From Strigamia acuminata (taxonomy: Eukaryota): a DNA stretch of 64,000 bases. The notes beneath the pieces were generated by a model, which did no database searches, was not told the DNA's origin, and saw only the letters and a list, made by a program, of their open reading frames with translations. This document shows positions 24,209 to 31,744 of this stretch, in pieces (the stretch's first letter is position 1; every line of letters begins with the position of its first letter). The DNA lies in NCBI GenBank assembly GCA_949358305.1, contig OX442314.1, forward strand, positions 22,010,001 to 22,074,000. The letters run 5' to 3'. The translations under genes and the position numbers were made by a program.

Positions 24209-26710
24209 TTACAGGTGGTTTAGCCATCTCCGGAGTTGCTGGAGTCGTTGGTTCGGCGATCGGCAAAATCGAGGTGAGACGTGATGAACGATCGCTCGGG
24301 TCTTCAAACTCCCCGATGAAGTATCGATCGTGGCCGCCAACTGGTTCGTAGGGGCGCCGACTCGTTCATGTACCCAGATACGCGAGAGGAAGGGGGCCAG
24401 GCCTTGATTGGTATGGTGGATCTTCTGGGCTTCGGCCGGATTCTTCGGGGCGCGGTGTGCACGCAGCAGACGTTGGTGCTGAATGAAATCGACGCCTGGA
24501 CCTGCCTCTAGAGTTCGCTCCATCCATAAGTAGAGCGAGTGGCCGTGGTCGCTCGATCGCTTGATCTGGTTCTTCGTCTTCTGGGTCATCGTCAAACTCG
24601 GGTAGTAGTGTTTGAGTTGTGCGTCGATCGGAGGCAAAGGTTTCGGCTCTAATTTTCTCTTGGGCCGCAGGATCTTTGGTTTTGTCTTCGTCTTCCGGAC
24701 GACTACTTTCACGCCTTCGATCGGAACCAGTCCTTCGGGGAACTTTATCGTCTCCTCTGGAGTGACTGCTGGGACTGTCTGGCTCGCCGGAGTCTCAGGA
24801 AGGGGTTTGTTGGTTAGTACGACCGGTTCGCTTTGTGGTACAGCCACAGCTCGGACTACCTGGTATGATCGTTCTGGGTCGGCATCTTCTGCAATTAATT
24901 GCGCGCGGACCTGGATACAGGAAGGAACCAATTTTAGCCATCGCTCGACGAGAGCGGGAGGCAGCTGAAAACTTTCATGTGCGACGACCGCCCAGGCTGC
25001 CAGTGCCACACGGGCGTTTCTAAACGTAGATGCGGCCAGCACTAGCGACATCATGTCGGTGATTACGACTGTCGTTCGTGCCATTCGTGACGGGTGATCT
25101 CGTCCAGGGCTGTTGGTGAACTCGATGGCCGCGCTTCGGATATTCGTCACGGCGATCTGCATCGTTCTGGCTTGGTAGTCATCGATGTCGGACACCATCT
25201 CTTTTGCTTGCTCGATCGTGGTTGTATCGAGGAACGACTGTAATTCACACGATGTTGGATCAAACTGGGTTGTGGCTCGAGTGTCCGAAGATCTGTTATT
25301 GGGGGGTGGTCTTGAAGGCGTTTGATTGCTTTCGTCGACTCTAACTACGGTATCTTGTCTTGAGTTAATTAAAACTCGTTGAACATCGGGTTCGGGCTCA
25401 TCCCAAACAATCGGTGTTCTCAACGTAGAAGTCTCGCTTCGCGTTTCTTCCGGTACGGCTGGGAAAATTGGTCCAAAACGATCTTGTCGTCGTTTGAGTT
25501 GTTCAAAGGGACTCAGCGATGTCGGGGCTCCGATGACCACAGTTTTTCGGAATGCGCTGGGCAGACTAGAAGGCACGCTGGTGGCTGGCTTTGTCGGTGT
25601 TTTGATGAACACACTTGGCACCGAAGTTATGCTCATTTCGATCGATTTAGTCGGCCGGTAGACAGGCTTCGATTGTTCATTTTTGGCCTTCAGGACTGCT
25701 GCTACCATGTCGGCTTCGGTATATTTTCTCTCTTGTTCCGGTACGATCATCGGCTCTGCCGATTGTTCGTGTTCGATCGTTAATGGCACTTCTTGTCGAA
25801 CTTCCACTTGCAAAGTCTCTACCTCATCGACTTCACGTGATCTCTCAAAGCGTCCCCATGTTTCTGCTCGTGGCCTTGATAACCTGAGGCATCCGCGTTG
25901 GTTCGGTCGATTTCTGGAGTAGCGGTATGTCTCGACCTCCCGTGGCTTCTCGACTCTGGGCTCTCGTCGCGGCGAGGGTTCTCGAGCGTGTCGGTAATAA
26001 ACTCGAGGATGAGACTGCGATCGATCGTGCGTGTTGTACGACGTGCTTGGCTGATCCAGGCGTCGTCGCTTGTTGTCGTGTGTGTGATTTAATAATTCGC
26101 TCGAGAGTCGCTTCTCCGCTTTCTGTCGCTTGCGCCCAAAGATGCCCAGGTAGTGGAGCTGGTGCATTGCTTTCTGTGAGGTAATAAATCCGTGTTCGGG
26201 CCGCCAGTTGGGAACGTCTGGTCTTTCTCCTCGAACCTGGCTTAACCAAGTTTTTATCTCATCTGTCGAATACCCTGCTGGTTTCAGTATTTTGAAGAGA
26301 TCTCGATACGCCGTCCGTCTGACTTCGTTGTAATAGTCTCTGTGTATTTGTCGGCGCTCTTCGTCTGTAGCGGCGTTTTGCCACCTCTCGAGGACAGCCC
26401 ACTCTTCGGGCTCGCTTGGATAGTCCTTTTCCAAAAACTTGTTTGGGAGTGGTGCTGGTGCGTCGTCGCGTTCTGGAATTTCAGTCCTCAGTGCGTCGCG
26501 CATCTTTTCTGGGAAGTAGTGTATCAGGGTCTCCTGACTTGCCCAAAATCGCGATCGGGCTCGGGATGAAGTGAGCCGAATTTTCCATGGTCCGGTGTCG
26601 ACGTCGTCCTCTAACGCTCTTCGAAATGGGGTCGGAATTTCGCTTCTCCAGAGTGTACCCGAAGACACGTTTTGTGGATCGATGGGTCCCCACGTAAGTT
26701 GGTGTTCCGG
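24209..26710 (-). CDS. Retrotransposon ORF3 main exon, unknown function (not Env-like)
   Basis: Open frame of 833 codons from a CTAAT...TTCATTCCTCAG| acceptor, same sense as gag/pol. No signal peptide or C-terminal TM anchor seen; basic NLS-like runs RKRQKAEKR and KRRR. Confidence 0.8.
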   Translation of the reverse strand, partial: PEHQLTWGPIDPQNVSSGTLWRSEIPTPFRRALEDDVDTGPWKIRLTSSRARSRFWASQETLIHYFPEKMRDALRTEIPERDDAPAPLPNKFLEKDYPSEPEEWAVLERWQNAATDEERRQIHRDYYNEVRRTAYRDLFKILKPAGYSTDEIKTWLSQVRGERPDVPNWRPEHGFITSQKAMHQLHYLGIFGRKRQKAEKRLSSELLNHTHDNKRRRLDQPSTSYNTHDRSQSHPRVYYRHAREPSPRREPRVEKPREVETYRYSRNRPNQRGCLRLSRPRAETWGRFERSREVDEVETLQVEVRQEVPLTIEHEQSAEPMIVPEQERKYTEADMVAAVLKAKNEQSKPVYRPTKSIEMSITSVPSVFIKTPTKPATSVPSSLPSAFRKTVVIGAPTSLSPFEQLKRRQDRFGPIFPAVPEETRSETSTLRTPIVWDEPEPDVQRVLINSRQDTVVRVDESNQTPSRPPPNNRSSDTRATTQFDPTSCELQSFLDTTTIEQAKEMVSDIDDYQARTMQIAVTNIRSAAIEFTNSPGRDHPSRMARTTVVITDMMSLVLAASTFRNARVALAAWAVVAHESFQLPPALVERWLKLVPSCIQVRAQLIAEDADPERSYQVVRAVAVPQSEPVVLTNKPLPETPASQTVPAVTPEETIKFPEGLVPIEGVKVVVRKTKTKPKILRPKRKLEPKPLPPIDAQLKHYYPSLTMTQKTKNQIKRSSDHGHSLYLWMERTLEAGPGVDFIQHQRLLRAHRAPKNPAEAQKIHHTNQGLAPFLSRIWVHERVGAPTNQLAATIDTSSGSLKTRAIVHHVSPRFCRSPNQRLQQLRRWLNHL

Positions 26711-26926
26711 CTGAGGAATGAATACATAAAAATTAGATTTTTGTTAAATTCCGAATTTGGATTCAAGATGGCGCCATGGTCGACCATGTGCTTTTTACAC
26801 GTGTTGAATTTTAAATAATGGCTCGTGTCATTTTTCGTTTGTTGACATAAAGATGTTTTCTTTTATGAATCTTGTTTCACGTATTTTCGTGGTTTAGCCA
26901 CAAATTAAATTCTTTGTTATTTTTAC

Positions 26927-27070
26927 CTTTTCGTTTCCATCGGGCTTTTCCCGATTTTCTTCCGGTTCAACCTCGTCCCATCTTGCGGGATCGTTCCATT
27001 CGTCTTCGCTTGGGTCCCGATCCATTTCTTCCTCTTCGTTGTCGGGTGATTGCTTCCAGTTTCTTCGCAT
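26927..27070 (-). CDS. Putative first coding exon of ORF3 (48 aa, acidic)
   Basis: CAAAAATG start; encodes MRRNWKQSPDNEEEEMDRDPSEDEWND...DGNEK, then AAG|GTAAAA donor in phase 0, matching the phase-0 acceptor at 26711/26710. Confidence 0.55.
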
Positions 27071-27316
27071 TTTTGATTCGATTTGTTGGTTGCGATTTTT
27101 GTCAAGCACCTGTTGTCGTCGTGACAGAACGCGGAGTGCAAAGTTGAAAGGGTAGTCGAGGTTAAGTATCTTGATTGGCTTTCGTATGTAATACGTAGTT
27201 GATTGTTGGAGTCTCCTTGTGATTGTTTTTGTCCCTAGGAGGTCGGGGTAATTACGTCATATTGTTTTATCGCTTTTGATTGGTTATGCCAACCATTTTG
27301 GATTTTTCTTGCTTTA

Positions 27317-30300
27317 TCATGTCCTCCCGGTGATTTTACCGTCCTTTATAAACGGGTTTGGTGCCTTTTTTCTTGTACTTTGTCGTGTTATAGGTTTCGG
27401 TATTTTACTTCTCGATCGTGTGGATCTTTTAGTAATCTCTTTTTCTTTTTCAGGAGTTTTAGGAGTTTCTTCGTTAACTGCTGCTTCCTCCCCTCCTAAA
27501 TTTCCATCTGGGGCGCTAGTTAGTTCGGCGCTGTCTGGAGTTGCGTGAGTCGTATTTTCGTTCAAGTCTGAAACAGTGGCGATGTCGTCGAACATATCTC
27601 GTATTGTGGGCGATGGAGATGGCTGCGTTTGGTCCTCGGCCCATTCTTCTTGTGGAAATTCCGGCAAGTAAGGCGTCAGTTCTCGAGCGTGGATTGATCG
27701 AAAATTTACATTATCGGCCAAACGTTGCAGAGAAAATGCGTTCCCGCCGTGGGCCTTGGTAATTACGTATGGGCCGTCTCGTTTGTCGGCTAAGCCGGCA
27801 TGAATCCCTTTATCTGCACTGGATAAAATGTGAGTGTCCTTCCATACGAGATCGTTGATTTTGAAATTACAAAATTGTGTGTTCTTTTCAGACTTTTTCA
27901 CTCGTTCGCGCATGTCAAACACATGTGACATCATATGTTGGTAGGTTGCCGAAATTGCTTGTTCTAATTGATGTACGTAAATGTGAGGATTTTTTGGATC
28001 GACTTTTCGAATTCCTTCTGGGATGCGTGGATCCCAGGGCACTCGTAGCTCTCGAGCGAAGTTGAGATAAGCCGGGGAAAAGCCGCGGTTTCTCGAAATG
28101 GTCGTTCGGATGCTAAATGCTATTTCTTTAAGGAACTCGTCCCACTTGGAATGTACGTCTGTGAAAATAGCAAGCGCATATTTTATGTCGCGGTTGAGTC
28201 GCTCCACGGGATTAGCCCGTGGGTTATACGTTGAAGTAAATGATGGTTGAATGTCGAATTGATTGCAGAAATCCTTGTATAACCTTGATGCGAATTGTGG
28301 GCCATTATCGGAAATTAATTTTCGCGGGAAGCCAAAATGTAACGCGACTTCGTAGAGGCACTGGATTATTTTCTGCTTAGTCGGGTGGGCCATCGGATAC
28401 AACTCTGGCCATCCTGTTGCGACATCCATGATCACGAGTATGTATTTGTGGCTATTTGCACTTGTTATCTTAGGACCCATAAGGTCTACGCTCCAACAAT
28501 CAAAAGGGGCGAACGGTCCAAGTGATAAATTCTCGTAGTTAGCCTTATTCCGAGGCTTGCAGGCTTGGCATCGTGGACAGTGTCGTATGAATCGTACGAT
28601 GTCCCTTCTCATTTCGGGCCAATAGTACAGTTGACTGGCCCGGTAGAGAGTCCTTGCCACGCCGGCGTGTCCGGCTAGAGGGTGGCCGTGTACCATCCAC
28701 AGAATTTGTGTTCGAACTTTTCTCGGAATTACGACTTTAATTGAACTCCCTGACTCTGTCAAGTCGTCCCGAAAGTTCGGATGGTACTTTAAAAGTAGGC
28801 CATCGTCTATCAGATAAGCGGAAGCCTTAATTTTGAACTCTTCTCTGGATTCTCTGCTGTAGACGTCGCCAGGGAAAGTCTCGTTGGTCAAGTAGTCATA
28901 GAACCTTTTACAGAAGGCGGTGTCGTTCTTCTGAGCTTCGACGAGTTCCTCGCGAGTAGGTGGGACACAGTTCGTGCCTTTACTCACGTGTGTAACGAAA
29001 GCTCGCACAAATTTATCCGAGACTCTGGGTTCGATGGATAAGTCGTAATTTGGTCTGGCATCTTTTGCCGATTGATATGCCCTCATCCAATATCCGACGT
29101 ATTTTTCATCGGAAGATTCCAACTTTTCTTTCGGCAGTTCATTCTGTTTTCTGAATTCCCACTTCCTGATCGGGGTGGGACAGTAAGCTATCCGAGAATC
29201 GTCGTCGCCGTCGTCGTCTGGCTCGTCGGGTTCTGAGGCGGGAGCTCTAGAGAGCGCGTCGGCGACTGTGTTATACTTCCCTGGCTTGTACTCGATTTGT
29301 AAGTCGTAAGCCATGAGCTCTAATTGCCATCGAGCCATCCGGCCCGAAGGTTCTTTCAGGCCCATGAACCACCTTAAAGCCTGATGGTCGGTCTGGACGG
29401 TAAATTTTGTAAACTCGAGGTAAGGCCTGAATTTACGAACTGCCCATACGATTGCCAAGCATTCGAGCTCTGTCGCTGAGTAATTTTTCTCGGCGGCTTG
29501 AATTTTCCGGCTGATAAAGATCGTGGGTACTTCTTGATGTATGCCGTCGATTTCGTGCATTTGCATCAACGCAGCCCCCAATCCGATTTTACTCGCATCC
29601 GTATGTAAGATAAATTCGCGATTCAAGTCGGGGAGAGGGATGGTTTTGGTGTCGATTAGCATTTGTTTGATTTTGTCAAACGCTGCTTCGCAATGGCTGG
29701 TCCAGTTAAATTTGATTTCGGGGTCTTTCGGCGGGTCCTCCTTTGGATTTATTTTCTGGACAGTCTTTAAAAGATCGGTGATTGGGGCCGCGACTTCCGC
29801 TAAATGTGGTAGGAGTCGGCCGAAGAAATTTACCATTCCTAAAAAACGTTGTACTCCTTTCACGTCCGTAGGAGCCGGAAAATTGGTGATTGCTCGTACT
29901 TTCTTTGGGTCTATGGATAAGCCATTGACTCCAACTTTGTATCCAAGAAACGCAAGTTCTTTTCGGCAAAACTGGCTCTTTCCGGGGTGTATGTGGAGTC
30001 CGGCTTCTGCTAAACGACGTATTACTTCGTCGATATGTCTGATGTGTTCGTCAAAAGTCTGGGAGACAATAATAATATCGTCCAGATACGCCCAGGCGTA
30101 TTTATGTAGCGCGTCGCCCAAAACTTTTTCGATTAAACGTTGAAATGTTGCCGGGGCATTTACTAGGCCAAATGGCATGACATTAAACATTAACCTGCCC
30201 ATCGGGGACCAGAAAGCGGTTTTTTCTTTGTCTTCGGCACGGAGTTCGACCTGCCAATATCCTTTCGACAGATCCATCGTTGTTACCCAATTAAATGGGG

Positions 30301-31744
30301 CTAATTCTCGAAGAATGGCTTCGATTGATGGCATCTGGACGGGGTCAATAACGGTAATGGCGTTTAGAGGTCGATAATCGATGCACAGTCTGGGTTCCGA
30401 TCCTGCACGCATGACGAGCACGATTCTCATCGCATATTCTCCTAATGCCTCGGACACTATCCCCTTGTCCAGTAAGTCTTGACAGATCGTCTTGACGATT
30501 TCGCGTTTTTGGGGGTTCATGCCCTTGAATGGAACTCGTACTGGCTTATCCGTACTTAATTCTATTTCGTGTTTTACGTAATTTGTCTTTCCCGGTTCTT
30601 TAGTCAGGATTTTTCGATGTTTTTGTAGCATTTCTTCAAGTAATTTAGTCTGGGTTTCTCCTAGGTTCGCGTCCATGGCCAAATTGTGAGCCAAATTTCC
30701 TTCTTGGAGTCGGGCGTTAAAAGATTTGAAATCGTAATCTTGTACGAATTGCTTCAAATTTCCGCCTTTCCATTCGTCCTCTTCGTCGTTCGAATCTAGG
30801 AGTTCGGTAGGTACTGTCATTAGTCGGGGGTCCTCGCGTTTATCGATATAGTTCCAGGACCTCGTTATGGGGTTGGGCTGGATCTCCATTATGGCCATGA
30901 TGTCCATACCCAAGAGTAGGACCGTGTCGTAGGTTGGTAAAACGATGAAAGGATGGGTTATTACGCCTCCCTCCCATATGACTTTTGTTGTCAGTACTCC
31001 TACTGGACGCACTTCTCCAGCAGCGGTTTTTACGGCCACATTTTCGCTTATTCCCCGTAGTTTGTCGCGTTGTTTTTTGTCCAACGACTCGTATAGATCT
31101 GAAGAGATAAAGGACCGGTCGGCTCCCGAATCCAACAAACCGATGAATTTTTTGTCGTTAAACTTGATTGTTAACATTGCGAGTGAGTCCTTCCGCTCTT
31201 TAGCCAAATTACAATGTAAAATGCGTTTCTTTCGAGGTGGGGCCTCCTCGTAGGCGTGAGGTAATTCTTGGAATGTTTCGGCTATTTTTTCGCCGTCCGC
31301 CGTATTAGTGGTTGGGCCACTATATTCGCGTTTTTCTGTGGTGAAGTAAGCCGTAGTGAAATAAACGACCTTTTTCTGTAATTCTTTTATTTGTTTTTCT
31401 AACCAATTGGTGTTTATCCATTTGGCTTTTAATTCGTCTTCCGAACTTGAGTCGCTAATTTCTTTATTATTCGTTTCAATTTCTTTCGATTTTTTCTCTT
31501 TTAATTCGAGTTTTAATTTGACTACTTCTTCCGTAATTACTTCGTTAATTGCCTGGTTAATTGTCGTATTCGTGGTAAATTTTGGGGTTTGGTCTTCCGG
31601 GCGTGCAGACAGATTTATTATTTTTTCTCTGTCTGCTTTAACCAGTTTTTTGTCAGTTCTTCGAATTTGGCTGTTAGCTTTTCTAACAATGCGTCGTTTT
31701 TGGCGGCTTCCTTCTCTTCTTTCCTCTTCTTTCGTTTTGGACAA
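27317..31744 (-). CDS. pol: Gypsy Pol polyprotein (protease, RT, RNase H, integrase)
   Basis: LLDSGAD protease; RLCIDYR, DLSKGYWQ, MPFGL, YLDD (RT); TDAS...ELECLAIVWA...TDHQAL (RNase H); H..GH...CPRC zinc finger, DLMG / DNGPQF / VERLN catalytic core and GPY (integrase). Uninterrupted. The true start is via frameshift near 31645. Confidence 0.98.
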   Translation of the reverse strand: MSKTKEEERREGSRQKRRIVRKANSQIRRTDKKLVKADREKIINLSARPEDQTPKFTTNTTINQAINEVITEEVVKLKLELKEKKSKEIETNNKEISDSSSEDELKAKWINTNWLEKQIKELQKKVVYFTTAYFTTEKREYSGPTTNTADGEKIAETFQELPHAYEEAPPRKKRILHCNLAKERKDSLAMLTIKFNDKKFIGLLDSGADRSFISSDLYESLDKKQRDKLRGISENVAVKTAAGEVRPVGVLTTKVIWEGGVITHPFIVLPTYDTVLLLGMDIMAIMEIQPNPITRSWNYIDKREDPRLMTVPTELLDSNDEEDEWKGGNLKQFVQDYDFKSFNARLQEGNLAHNLAMDANLGETQTKLLEEMLQKHRKILTKEPGKTNYVKHEIELSTDKPVRVPFKGMNPQKREIVKTICQDLLDKGIVSEALGEYAMRIVLVMRAGSEPRLCIDYRPLNAITVIDPVQMPSIEAILRELAPFNWVTTMDLSKGYWQVELRAEDKEKTAFWSPMGRLMFNVMPFGLVNAPATFQRLIEKVLGDALHKYAWAYLDDIIIVSQTFDEHIRHIDEVIRRLAEAGLHIHPGKSQFCRKELAFLGYKVGVNGLSIDPKKVRAITNFPAPTDVKGVQRFLGMVNFFGRLLPHLAEVAAPITDLLKTVQKINPKEDPPKDPEIKFNWTSHCEAAFDKIKQMLIDTKTIPLPDLNREFILHTDASKIGLGAALMQMHEIDGIHQEVPTIFISRKIQAAEKNYSATELECLAIVWAVRKFRPYLEFTKFTVQTDHQALRWFMGLKEPSGRMARWQLELMAYDLQIEYKPGKYNTVADALSRAPASEPDEPDDDGDDDSRIAYCPTPIRKWEFRKQNELPKEKLESSDEKYVGYWMRAYQSAKDARPNYDLSIEPRVSDKFVRAFVTHVSKGTNCVPPTREELVEAQKNDTAFCKRFYDYLTNETFPGDVYSRESREEFKIKASAYLIDDGLLLKYHPNFRDDLTESGSSIKVVIPRKVRTQILWMVHGHPLAGHAGVARTLYRASQLYYWPEMRRDIVRFIRHCPRCQACKPRNKANYENLSLGPFAPFDCWSVDLMGPKITSANSHKYILVIMDVATGWPELYPMAHPTKQKIIQCLYEVALHFGFPRKLISDNGPQFASRLYKDFCNQFDIQPSFTSTYNPRANPVERLNRDIKYALAIFTDVHSKWDEFLKEIAFSIRTTISRNRGFSPAYLNFARELRVPWDPRIPEGIRKVDPKNPHIYVHQLEQAISATYQHMMSHVFDMRERVKKSEKNTQFCNFKINDLVWKDTHILSSADKGIHAGLADKRDGPYVITKAHGGNAFSLQRLADNVNFRSIHARELTPYLPEFPQEEWAEDQTQPSPSPTIRDMFDDIATVSDLNENTTHATPDSAELTSAPDGNLGGEEAAVNEETPKTPEKEKEITKRSTRSRSKIPKPITRQSTRKKAPNPFIKDGKITGRT

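Noticed and set aside
24209..26668. ORF3 as an envelope glycoprotein
   Set aside because: No signal peptide, very few cysteines and no C-terminal TM anchor; the one hydrophobic stretch is interrupted by charged residues.
27317..27680. Chromodomain at the integrase C-terminus
   Set aside because: The tail is low-complexity (P/T/E/K/R) and lacks the Y-L-V-K-W / TWE pattern.
29541..30143. 200-aa antisense ORF and other + strand ORFs over gag, pol and ORF3
   Set aside because: Shadow frames of real coding sequence with no independent motifs.
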